Shown: positions 32,016 to 42,581 of the stretch, one piece after another
Layout of the letters: each line of letters opens with the position of its first letter
Numbering within the stretch: the stretch's first letter is position 1
Assembly: GCA_977017575.1 (NCBI GenBank)
Contig: CDRNVI010000020.1
Span: forward strand, 434,001-498,000
Direction: 5' to 3'
Source: Paramoeba atlantica
Taxonomy: Eukaryota > Protista > Discosea
Length of the DNA: 64,000 bases
Notes under the pieces: generated by a model
What the model saw: only the letters and a program-made list of their open reading frames with translations
The model's database searches: none
What the model was told of the DNA's origin: nothing
Program-made: the position numbers and the translations under genes

Positions 32016-32903
32016 AACCACATACCCACATACCCGTTTAACATACCTATACCTTGGATAACATACCGGGGGGTATGTTATTCTGGTCCGCGACACTTAC
32101 ATACTCCCCCTTCCTGTAACATACCCCCCCTTCGTCCCACGGCTCACAGACTCATCCAGATTGGTCCACCACCTTCGAGTACGACTCGCCCTGTGGGCTG
32201 GAGCTCCATCAATCCATCAAAACAGAATTTATTGTGGCAAAAGGCATCCAAGAGCGCTCTAAAATAGCGCGGTGGTAGTAAACCAAGTTTCAAACCTCGG
32301 GGGAATGCTTCCCCCGCTCTCATGTTGCACGTTCGGAGCTTTATTGGGCGGTGACGCCTCTTGATCTTGTATATATCATAAACACAATCATTTTTCATTT
32401 TCTCCAAGAATGTGTGCTGTTCCCATCATTGGTGGATTCTTTGGTGGAGATTACAGCAGGTAAACTACAGTCTCGGAACTTTCCCGCATACGCTGCACAT
32501 ATGAAGTAAAGTTCTCGCCATCTCTAATCGGCTTCCCTCGTAATTCATCGTAAATTGGGAAATTTCGTTCTCCTAGCAAAGAGTTTGCCGCGTTTTTTTC
32601 TATAGGGACCCCTGGTGCTCTCTGTTTCCTAAACAAAAGCTTCGAAAATGAATCGAAAACACAGTCAAAATGGGTAAATGGGGCAAAAATGCATGTAACA
32701 TGTTTCTGTTGTACGCATTACAAATAAAGAGTATCGCAAACTGTTTTTCTGAACTAGTCCCGTATTATGGCATGGCGCACGAAAAAAAATGAGATAAAAC
32801 GGAGCCAGGACAGAGCCTAGAGAACACTTTCATTTTTCCTGAACGAACGTGCACCTATACCTTGATAAAATATCGGGGTGGTATATTAAACGGATATGTG
32901 GTT
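32016..32903. mobile_element. TA-flanked TIR element (888 bp), same termini as MITE 35753-36101, inserted into the hAT remnant
   Basis: Left TA|aaccacataccc...cgtttaacatacctatacc; right ...cggatatgtggtt|TA. Confidence 0.7.
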
Positions 32904-33048
32904 TATATCACCAAGGTAAGCTTCAACTGTCATAGTAGTAACACATGTCCTTCGTTAACATTTTAAGGACACCATTTTCTAAAATATACGCGAAGGTCTA
33001 AATATTTCTTATCAGCTGCTTGTTTTTCAAACACATTTTGTAATACCA

Positions 33049-33876
33049 ATGGCAGACAATCAAGCGGAAGCAAGAAATTTGAGTCAAACAAATGAACAGT
33101 GTTCTAAAGGATACAGTAGTCGTCGAGGAAAAGTGCTTGGAAGTCTTTTTCCTCCGGAAATCGAACTTTCTCGATTTGCAGCTGGCTTAAAGAATACAGA
33201 TCCATCATGGAGCTCGTCAACCCCGGCTTGCATGTGGTCTGGAATTCAGTGTAAAGATTCTACGAGGCCAGAAGAGGTAACAAATATCAAATGGCATCGG
33301 CGTGGACTTCAGGGAGCTCCAAATTGGAAGTACATACCCCAATCGGTGTGTTATCTAAATATATTTAAAAATCTTTTGACTGGTGAATTACCATTCGACC
33401 TTCTTCCACGTGAACTGAAGTTTCTATATCTGGGTTCAAACCAGCTCAACGGTTCTTTAGACATAAAAAATCTGCCTGGTATTCTAACTGAGGTATATTT
33501 GTGGTCAAATTCATTTTCCAGCACGCTTGATTTGAGCATTCTTCCTATTACTCTTACGGAGCTTTCAATTTCTCACAACAAACTCTTTGGTTCTCTTAAT
33601 CTGACTACATTGCCACACTCGATGACGGAGCTCAATTTCGAAGAAAATGCATTTACGGGCAGTATTGATTTAGGCAGCCTCCCCTCTTCTATGAAGGAAC
33701 TCTATATAAATAATAATTGCATTGAACATATATCAGGGCTGAACTCATTGCCGCTAGCGTTACGAGAACTAAATGTTGCCAATAACAACGCACTCACCGG
33801 AGAGTTTGATAGAGCATCATTCCCTACACCCTTGCGCAATTTTGGTTTCAGTATGACACTTTTGAATGAATTGTAA
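33049..33876 (+). CDS. Short LRR protein (member 8)
   Basis: SRRGKVLGSLFPPE, PACMWSGIQC, LRRs. N-terminus nearly identical to 34125 (tandem duplicate). Confidence 0.9.
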   Translation: MADNQAEARNLSQTNEQCSKGYSSRRGKVLGSLFPPEIELSRFAAGLKNTDPSWSSSTPACMWSGIQCKDSTRPEEVTNIKWHRRGLQGAPNWKYIPQSVCYLNIFKNLLTGELPFDLLPRELKFLYLGSNQLNGSLDIKNLPGILTEVYLWSNSFSSTLDLSILPITLTELSISHNKLFGSLNLTTLPHSMTELNFEENAFTGSIDLGSLPSSMKELYINNNCIEHISGLNSLPLALRELNVANNNALTGEFDRASFPTPLRNFGFSMTLLNEL

Positions 33877-34124
33877 ATTGTTTGTGCGATTTTTTAGTTT
33901 GTTCCTTTTTTTGTAAAGGATCTCGAGTGGTCGCTTACTGGACAAGGCTTGTTCGTTGGGATTTTCAATCTTACTACACATGAGACTTATACTTACACGC
34001 TTTGGCCGGCGTCCTAAAACACCAAAGCACTTCAAAAATTATTTTTCCAGGTTAAAGTTTCAAAGTCTTACAATAAGCTGTATTATTAGACTTTTTTACT
34101 TTCTTAACGTATTTTGTAATATCA

Positions 34125-35524
34125 ATGGCAGACAATAAAGCGGAAGCAAGAAATTTGAGTCAAACAAATGTACAGTGTTCTAAAGGATACATTAGTCGTC
34201 GAGGAAAAGTGCTTGGAAGTCTTTTTCCTCCGGAAATCGAACTTTCTCGATTTGCAGCTGGCTTAAAGAATACAGATCCATCATGGAGCTCGTCAACCTC
34301 AGCTTGCATGTGGTCTGGGATTCAGTGTAAAGGTTCGAAAAGACCAGAAGAAGTAACAAATATTGAATGGCAAAGGTGGAGAGTTCGAGGAGCTCCAAAT
34401 TGGAAGTACATGCCCCAATCGGTTCTGGATCTGAATACTTTTGAAAACTTTTTGACCGGTGAACTACCCCTTGATGTCCTTCCACGTGAACTAAAATTTC
34501 TATATCTGGCTGCAAACCAGTTCAATGGTTCCTTAGCTACACAACATCTGCCTAGTTCTCTAATGGAGGCATATTTATGGGGAAATTCATTTTCCAGCAC
34601 GCTTGATTTGAGCATTCTGCCGCTCAATCTCACAGAGTTTTCGGTTTCTCAGAACGAACTCTTTGGTTCTCTTAATCTTTGCTCACTACCACACTCGATG
34701 ACAGAGCTCATGTTGAGTCAGAATGAATTTACTGGTCGCATTGATTTAAGTCGGCTTCCTCCTTCCATGGCAGTGAACTGTATAAAGATACAGTTTCTGT
34801 ACCTTGTTGGTACATTTTGCTAGCCCTTCCTTTCTTTTCCCGGAAACGGCATACATTTTCCTTTTAAATGCCCGTTTCCGGCTGACGGCTAGCAGGGACT
34901 GTCCCTCTTGTCGTGGAAGTAGGGGACGTACCTCCGACTTTTCACCCCTCCCCGGCTCACTCCTTGAGTGAGTTTTCTTCCCTCCCCGGCTTTCTTCTTC
35001 TCGCGCCTGTCTCTTCCCGGGAGCTATGCGCCATGGTGGCCTCCCTTGAGGACCACTGGGCGTGACTCTGCCTCGCATAATCGCGAGGCAGCGGTCGGTT
35101 GCAGTGCGCCCCTCCGGCTGCGTAAAGAGGTGGTGAGTTGCCTGGACCACCTCTACCGACTGGGACCGAGTCGGTTGCAGTACGCCCCTCCGGCTGCGTA
35201 AAGAGAGGGCGAGTTGCCTGGACCCCCTCTACCGACCGAGTCCGTGTCGAACCCCCTTTGGCGACATCCGTTGTGGGCAGATTATGTGCCGATGATATCG
35301 GCCGTCGCATTAAGGGGATTATCTCTGCGCCAAAGAGCGCATGATAAACAACGTTAAACAACAATCGACTTGAGCACATAACAGGGTTAGATTCACTGCC
35401 AACAAGGTTGGTGCGGCTAAGTGTTGCAGAAAACAAGGAGCTTATGGGAGAGTTTAATAAAAATTTATTTACTAGGTGGTTGAGCGAATTTATTTTTCAT
35501 ATGACTCTTTTGAAACAATTGTAA
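34125..35524 (+). pseudogene. LRR-family gene (member 9) split by a 570-bp insertion
   Basis: The 5' part ends ...gaactg (34780). Coding resumes at 35351 as TLNNNRLEHITGLDSLP...MTLLKQL* (stop 35522-35524), matching the C-terminus of paralog 33049. Confidence 0.88.
34781..35350. mobile_element. Chimeric insert: SL-exon fragment fused to an internal piece (about 24584-25143) of the CRE-like element
   Basis: tataaagatacagtttctgt followed by sequence nearly identical to 24592-25143, differing by a few substitutions and 1-nt indels. No target-site duplication. Confidence 0.9.
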
Positions 35525-35752
35525 AGGACTGAAACTCTAACCGTTTCTCACTGGACAAGATTTTTAGGATTTCCACACGGGAAGATTCGGATTTTCAATA
35601 ATACATTACATTCGTATTACGTTATCTAGGTTATTTTTACTGTATCGTACATGAATGGAAAACAAGCGAGGAAGCTTTTGCACTCAAGGCGCGATCTCAC
35701 CCCTTTGCACCCCTTCAAGCCCCCACCTATCACCCGGACCCGATTTTGATTA

Positions 35753-36101
35753 AACCACATACCCGTTTAACATACCTATACCTTGGATAACATACCGGGG
35801 GGGTATGTTATTCTGGCCTGAGACACTTAACATACTCCCCCCTCGTCCCACGGCTTTTTTTGTGCAACTGTACCAAAATCCAACCGTAATGTCACGTACC
35901 TTTTTAACAAAATGTTTCTTTTATGCGTTTTTTGATGTATTTTGATACCTTTTGGCATTTAGTACTACGCGCGGTACATCTTTAGATACAGGTTCTAACT
36001 GTGAAAGTGATTTTCTTATCTTTCTTATTTCATTATCAGTCTACTTAACATACCTATACCTTGATAACATACCGGGGGGTATGTTAAATGGGTATGTGGT
36101 T
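35753..36101. mobile_element. TA-flanked MITE, 349 bp, with subterminal taacatacc-gggg-ggtatgtta hairpins
   Basis: TIRs aaccacataccc(g/a)tttaac, 19 bp with 1 mismatch; TA at 35751-35752 and 36102-36103. Confidence 0.85.
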
Positions 36102-38021
36102 TAAATAAATAAATCACTGTCCAACAACGCATTTCTTAATTAGAACTCATTCTGCACATGAACATGTTTGTCCATAATTTTGTTTTTTTTCAATATTAGT
36201 TATTGTGTCTACTAATCCGCGTCTAAATCATCGGTTTATTATTACGTTCTTATTGGAGAGTTTTGTTGGAGAGTCTGTAGATGACCGGATGTTACGATGA
36301 AAAACTATCCCCAGATGTTTCCAGATACCGTCAGATATCTCCATGTCGTCAAGCCCCCCTCAGTAACAGAGATTTGGCTCGGAACGCTAATCGGCTGGTG
36401 AGGCTGAGCGGGCGGGGTGGTTGGACGGGTAAGGGTGGCTAGTCGTGGTGAGGGTAGTTGGGCGGGTTGTGATGGCTCAGCGTGGGGTTGGTTGGGCAGA
36501 AAATCAACGCGCTCATGAGTAAAAAAGGTCTTTGCCCTCCACAAAAACCTACACTTTCATCTCAATATACAAGGCCTCAGCCTTCAAATGGTCCTACTCA
36601 GCTTTTGTTCACAACATTTGTTTCCTTCACAGGATACATAACCCATAGGGATCAAAGGTTTTTACGGGAAACAGTACAGTATATGTCTCCGTAAATACAG
36701 TATGTTTACCCAAAAGATGAATTATTTTTGATCTTTTGGCGAATTCTTTTTTTTCAGTCGCCTTACACGCGGAGGTAGTTTTCAAAGTGAAGCACCCAGC
36801 AGTGGTGACTTCTATATTGTACTACTATAGTAAACCACCGGATCCCCCTTTTATATTTTTTTCTTTAGTATATTACTGTGTTCCTTTTTATTTTCCCCCT
36901 GTTATTGTTGACTTTTTTCGACAATCGAATGTAGAGAGGGAGTTATACAACCACAGCAGCATTTTATAAGCATTCGCACCACCGCGAGGACAGTCGTATC
37001 GTCGGGTTTCATTAACTTACCAACAATACGATAGATTAGTAGCGATTCAAGTCACGTAAATATTCTAGTTTTCGTAGTAAACGATTCCCATCTGGGATCG
37101 TTCAGAGCTCCCTCCACAGATTCGAACGTCGGCCACCAGCGTGTCGGACAAGGGACTCGCCATTCTGCCTAGGCTTTCCCAAGATCTAGTAATGCGTTTG
37201 TGTTGGCCATACGCATGATCGCTCCCATACAAATCTGCAATGAATGAACGAAGCAAGTGGTGTAGGAAAAACCGATTTAACACTTCCCTACGCTTCAAGA
37301 TTTTGAAATTTTCAAAAAACGCCCCCCCATGCCCCCCCCTAGCATTAGAGGATTGAAACCTGTTAGGTTTTGCCTGGTTTTGCCAGGACACCTATTTTTG
37401 GGGGCGTCATTTTGGGAGACGTGTCACGGCTTCAAGAAGGGGCATCTTGTGAAAACAACGGCGTAGAAAGCTAGTATAGGTCCCAAACTCTCAAACTACT
37501 ATAGGTGAAACGATTTTGAAAAGCTGTTTTTTAAGCCATGTTTTTCGCCAAGTTGACTTTTTTCTCAACTTTCTTTTCAGAAAAACCGAACTTGGCAGCC
37601 CCGTCCTGTTGATACCAGGGGGAGTGTTCCCCGAGTACGGGGGTGGAAAATGTGCGCCAAGACCTCGGCAACCCTTTCTCGGGGTGTATTTCGAAAAATA
37701 TTTTTTTCAAAATTTTCATTTTTTGTGGCGCGAAAATGTTTTGCAGCGCACGATGGAGATCAAGTATGTTCTTCACTGTTTTTGACAAAGTAGTTTCCTT
37801 CGCCACGTCAATGAGGAATATGCGGGTTTTGCCAGGTTTTTCCTTTCATAGGTTTCAACCCTCTTAATAGTAATTGTTGACTTCACGTTTTTTCCCTAAA
37901 CCCTCCACCCCCACGTTTTCACCTCCCTTCCCACCCACCTAACCCTCCTTCCCTCCCCCAGTCCCTTATTTCTATCCCTTTTTCTCACCCTCCCTCCCCT
38001 CCCTCCTCGCCCTCTTCCCCC

Positions 38022-39452
38022 ATGTTCCCCCCACCTCTCCACCCCCCCTACCCCCTCACCTCCCGCTTCTCCCCCCTCAACCGCTTCCTCCTCCCCCTCT
38101 CCTCCCTCACCCCCCTCCCCCCTCCCCGGGCCTATTCCAGTTTCATCGACAGTTTGCCGATTGAGCCCCCAAGTGGTTCTTCTTCTTTATCTTCTGCTGC
38201 TTCCTCTCCCGTCAATCTCTTGTCCTCCCCCCGCTCCAAACCCGAGGCGCCGGAGTTCACCCGGTTCACCGAGTTCGACATGCCGAAGGAGCGCTTCCTT
38301 CGCAGTCTCATGAGTGAGGACCGGGACGAGTGGGTCGCCCAGGAGAAAGTCCACGGGGCTAACTTTGGCCTCCACGCCTATAAGAACACAAAGGAGGTGC
38401 GCTTCGCGAAACGGTCCACCTTTATTCGCGAGGATGAGTTCTTCTTTGGCTACGCCCTGTTAACGGGGAAAATGCGACAGTGGGTGCCGCTGCTGGATCA
38501 GCTCCTCCGGGAGCGGTTCCGGGTGAATATTGAGGGGTTTATTCTGTTTGGGGAGCTCTTTGGGGGCAAGTATACCCACCCGGGGCTTCCCCCCGGGGAG
38601 GATAGATGGCTCGAGTTTAATGGCAAGATGCACCGCATTGCGCCGATTCAGAATGATTTCTTTCCGCAGTACTCCCCGACGTTGCATTTTTTTGCGTTTG
38701 AGTTGAAATACCGCACCTTGCCCACGGAGGGGTGGATTACGTGCTCTATGGATGATTGTTTAAAAATATGGCAACAAATTCCGGGGCTGCTGTATGCGAA
38801 ACCGATGATGCGCGGCACCTTGGAGCACTGCCTCGCGTTTAACATGGACGTGTACCAGACGGTGATTCCCCATCTCGTCGGTCTGGGGGATTATGTGCTC
38901 CCGGGAAATTTTGCGGAGGGTATGGTGCTTCGAAAAGCCAAACGGGAGGGTCCGGAGGCAGCGCTCCCGCCCCATAGCATTTTGAAGTTTAAACACCGAA
39001 TGTTTCAGGAGAACCGACACAGTAATAAGATTGGGGAACGCGACCCGCTGCATATTTTGTACGAGGAGTTGAGTCGGATTCGCGGGGAGACGTTGTTGCA
39101 TCCAGGGAGCTTTATGAGCGAGGAGGAACAGCGTTCATTAGGGAATTTGCTGGATATGGTTTGTGAGAACCGCCTCAGTGCAGTGTTATCGAAGGATGGG
39201 TTGGATGTGTACTGTCCCTCCTCGGATCTCCCTGAGAATTTGAAACGAAGCCCGGCGGATTTAGTAGCGCTTCTTTCCAAGGACGCGTGCAAGGATTGGT
39301 TGAAAACAGCCTCCGACCGGGAGCTGCGCTACTCGAACTTTATCAAACTTATGTTTGCCAATTATTTAAAAAATGAGTGTCAGCGATTTGTAGCTCCAAG
39401 GTGGGGACGCATCTCTGCAGGGGAGAACACCATTACTGTGCCTGACTTGTAA
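38022..39452 (+). CDS. Mitochondrial RNA-editing ligase (REL1/REL2 type, Rnl2 family) with N-terminal presequence
   Basis: EWVAQEKVHGANF (motif I), VRFAKRS, GELFGGKYTHP (III), FPQYSPTLHFFAFE (IIIa), AEGMVLR (IV), ILKFK (V), RLSAVLSK and KDACKDWLK match kinetoplastid REL proteins. REL1 versus REL2 cannot be settled by eye. Confidence 0.93.
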   Translation: MFPPPLHPPYPLTSRFSPLNRFLLPLSSLTPLPPPRAYSSFIDSLPIEPPSGSSSLSSAASSPVNLLSSPRSKPEAPEFTRFTEFDMPKERFLRSLMSEDRDEWVAQEKVHGANFGLHAYKNTKEVRFAKRSTFIREDEFFFGYALLTGKMRQWVPLLDQLLRERFRVNIEGFILFGELFGGKYTHPGLPPGEDRWLEFNGKMHRIAPIQNDFFPQYSPTLHFFAFELKYRTLPTEGWITCSMDDCLKIWQQIPGLLYAKPMMRGTLEHCLAFNMDVYQTVIPHLVGLGDYVLPGNFAEGMVLRKAKREGPEAALPPHSILKFKHRMFQENRHSNKIGERDPLHILYEELSRIRGETLLHPGSFMSEEEQRSLGNLLDMVCENRLSAVLSKDGLDVYCPSSDLPENLKRSPADLVALLSKDACKDWLKTASDRELRYSNFIKLMFANYLKNECQRFVAPRWGRISAGENTITVPDL

Positions 39453-39763
39453 AGAGAAAACAACGATGAGGGGTTGAATTCATATACAAGGGTACGACAC
39501 TTACAACGTTACTATACGTACGAGATTACTATAGAATCTATCACGTAGGGGCTATCTGTGGTACTACTGTACCAGTAGTACTGTATTGCGTTGTATAAAT
39601 AAGCGTTCTAAAAATTTGGAATGAGTTCAAATGCAAATACAGGCCAATTTACCTCATTCCTCCTTAATGTACAGTATACTTCTAAGAACAGTGGCTAATG
39701 AAGTTCACTATCCCCTCCATTCTACAGCATTCAGATAGTAACTTGATTTTTTACATACGGTAC

Positions 39764-40828
39764 ATGGACGGTTCATCATCAAATTTACCATATCGGCGTG
39801 CCGCAAAAGTAAGAGGAAACCTGCCACAGGAATTTGAGCTCGCACAACTTATAAAAGATTTTGAAAATCCGTTCTAAAAAAGTCTCAGTTCCTAAAAAAG
39901 TCTCAGGCGCACGAGGGCAAATCCCGTAAATATAATGCTCTCTTCCATGAACGACGCATTAATCACCCTAGGACGACCCTTGTTGTATTCGAAGTGGGAG
40001 CCCGCGGCTCGTTACTCACATCTTGTCGAAACCTCAATCTCCTCTTTGACGAGGACACAAAGCTTGCGGAAAAATGTCGAGAAAGTCTAATGCAGACCGC
40101 CCTTCGAGGCAGTTTCATTATCTGGCAGAACCGCGAATCTGCCGTTTGGACAGAAGGACGGGTATAACGTCTGTAAAAGATAGGTCTGGGCAGCGTCATA
40201 TGCGCCCCCCAGGCCTATCCGCATATTCTCTGCCTTATAAAGGTATGATAAATTTAACCCACATGGAATACCTCTACCCCTGCATGCGAATGGAGAGGCG
40301 TTACGTGTGTCGATGACATACGTGTCACCGAAATTCGTTGGGATTCCAGGAGAACATCACCACACCTACGAAAATTCGATCCTTGGGGAAGGGGTTTTTC
40401 CGGTAGGCTTCATTGGCAACATTTGCCGCAATCTTTGGAGAAATTTCGCATTGAAAAAAAATAATTTACACGGAATTGTGGACCTAACTCGTCTTCCGCA
40501 GGGCTTAACATCCCTTTCTTTAAATTAAAACAAGTTTTCAGGAAACGTGATACTTGATTGCTTGCCACAGAACATGACATATCTCAACTTTGGAAACAAT
40601 CAGTTTACAGGGTGTCTAGATTTTCGTCATCTGCCATTAACATTGACATCTTTATCCTGTAACGACAATAACTTTGATACTCTAGCTCAGTTTCATGGAC
40701 TTCCCCCGAAACTAGAATTCATCCAGCTTCACATTAATCCTGAACTGCATGGTGTCCTTGAAAAGTCCAGTTTTCCTGCGACTCTGGCATGGGTTGACGT
40801 TAGTGGCACAAAACTCATCATCTTGTGA
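39764..40828 (+). pseudogene. LRR-family gene (member 10) split by a retrotransposon fragment, also with a frameshift and a stop
   Basis: MDGSSSNLPYRRAAKVRGNLPQE...ENPF | insert | PTWNTSTPACEW. Extra A in the run at 40454-40461 and an in-frame TAA near 40526. Confidence 0.88.
39875..40257 (+). mobile_element. Heavily 5'-truncated HERO/NeSL-like retrotransposon (endonuclease tail plus 3' UTR), 383 bp
   Basis: Translates AHEGKSRKYNALFHERRINHPRTTLVVFEVGARG...RGSFIIWQNRESAVWTEGRV*, homologous to 11124-11369. Blunt insertion between LRR codons F and P; tandem duplication taaaaaagtctcag at the 5' junction. Confidence 0.88.
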
Positions 40829-40897
40829 TTTTGGTAGGTATAAACAGGACTTATTAGGTACACAGGTGTATAATAAAATAAAATATATTATTAATTA

Positions 40898-40992
40898 GGC
40901 TCTTCGTTAAACGCGGTGGTTGTTTTCAACTTAGAAGTCACTCATGCCGCGCGCTTCGCATTGAAAACTACCACCGCGTTTAACGAAGAGCC
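40898..40992. mobile_element. TA-flanked mini-MITE, 95 bp; family copies at 63800-63914, about 52046-52125 and about 53510-53575
   Basis: Perfect TIRs ggctcttcgttaaacgcggtggt / accaccgcgtttaacgaagagcc. Confidence 0.85.
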
Positions 40993-41244
40993 TAAAAAAG
41001 AAAAATCTCCAAACGATTACGAATAATCTCCTTTTTCGGGGGTAAATGCTCGATTTTTCGGCAAAAATTGCGAAATTTTACACCGAATGTTGCCGTTTTG
41101 GATGACTTACCAGTAGGGGCAGGAGTCGAATCTGTCGACAAAAACGTCGTAGAATCGTAGCTGTCCCAAACTCCCCCAATACGATTTAGAAGTCGACTTT
41201 GGAAAAATAATATTTTTACTTTTTTTGGGGTCAAAAAAAAAATT

Positions 41245-41580
41245 TTTTGGGTCACCCTAAAACTTTCGGAAATTTTGACCTTGTCGGACCCCTCCTGCGC
41301 GTACCAGGGGGGGTGGAAAATTATCGCCGCGGCCTACTCTACCACTTCCCTGCGCTCGATTTTGAAAAGCAGAAAATTCGAAAAAAAAAATCGCGACGTA
41401 TGCCCCCCCCATGGACCCCTCATTTTTTTGAAATTTTTTTTTCAGTTTTGGACCACCGGGGCCCCCTTTTATATTTTTTTCGTCTATTATATTACTCTGT
41501 TTCTCTTTATATTTTCACTGTTTTTGTTCACTTTTTTTGCAAAAATCGATGGTAGAGCGGTAGTTATACAACCACCGCAA
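41245..41580 (+). repeat. Dispersed repeat; inverted homolog at about 63213-63420, partial homolog at about 36840-36960
   Basis: Shared blocks cccctcctgcgcgtaccagggg, gcggcctactctaccacttccc, cagttttggaccaccggggcccc and ttatacaaccac(c/a)gca. Confidence 0.8.
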
Positions 41581-41685
41581 CGTTTCCTATAACTTTTGTA
41601 TTGCGCATACAGTGGTCGTCGGTAATAAAGTGGTCAGATTAAATTTCAATCAGATTTAAAATTTTTTCTTTTTTGCATACAGTAT

Positions 41686-42387
41686 ATGGACGATTCATCA
41701 TCAAAGTTACCACATCAACGTGCCGCTAAAGTAAGAGGAAACCTGCCACCAGAATTCGAATTAGCACAACTGACCAAAGATATTGAAAATCCGTTCCCCT
41801 CGTGGAATGCCTCTACCCCTGCATGCGAATGGAAAGGCGTTACGTGTGGCGATGGCATACACATCAGCGCAATTTATTGGGATCCCAAGTCACACATACC
41901 ACCACACCTTAGAAGTTTCTATGCTTATGGAAACGGCTTTTCCGGTAGGCTTCATTGGCAACATTTGCCGCAATCTTTGAAGAAGTTTCGTATCGAAAGA
42001 AATAAATTACAGGGAAGTGTGAACCTAACTCGTCTTCCGCAGGGCTTAACATCCCTTTCTCTAAGTAGAAACATGTTTTCAGGAAACGTGGTGCTTGATT
42101 GCTTGCCACAGAACATGACATACCTCAACTTAGGAAACAATCAGTTTACAGGGTGTCTAGATTTTCGTCATCTACCATTAACATTGACATCTTTATCCTG
42201 TAACGACAATAAATTTGATACTCTAGTTCATTTTTATAGCGTTCCCCTGAAACTCAGTCTCCACCTTCAAAATAATCCGGGACTGCAGGGTGTTCTTGAA
42301 AAGCCTAAATTTATTAATCCCGTGGTCGAGAAATATTGCGAGAAATATCAGATTAACGTCAATGGCACAAAACTTATAATCTTGTGA
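41686..42387 (+). CDS. Short LRR protein (member 11)
   Basis: RAAKVRGNLPPE, PACEWKGVTC, LRRs. Intact paralog of 39764 and 7324. Confidence 0.9.
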   Translation: MDDSSSKLPHQRAAKVRGNLPPEFELAQLTKDIENPFPSWNASTPACEWKGVTCGDGIHISAIYWDPKSHIPPHLRSFYAYGNGFSGRLHWQHLPQSLKKFRIERNKLQGSVNLTRLPQGLTSLSLSRNMFSGNVVLDCLPQNMTYLNLGNNQFTGCLDFRHLPLTLTSLSCNDNKFDTLVHFYSVPLKLSLHLQNNPGLQGVLEKPKFINPVVEKYCEKYQINVNGTKLIIL

Positions 42388-42581
42388 CTTTGGTAGGTAC
42401 ACTAAAATTTGTGTCTCCTTTAGCTTTCGCACTGTATATTTCTTTGTTAGTAAAAAACTCTTGTGAGATATTTTTTGGCGCTTTTAAGTCTGTCTTCTGC
42501 AAATAACAATTCTATCTTCTTATCCTGCTACTTTAGGCGTGCTTTGTACTCATATTGGTTTTGCTTCTTTGAGCATTTTGT

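Noticed and set aside
38022-39452. RNA ligase considered as a phage or bacterial Rnl2 defence/repair system
   Set aside because: It has a mitochondrial presequence-like N-terminus and kinetoplastid REL-specific motifs throughout, with no prokaryotic operon context.
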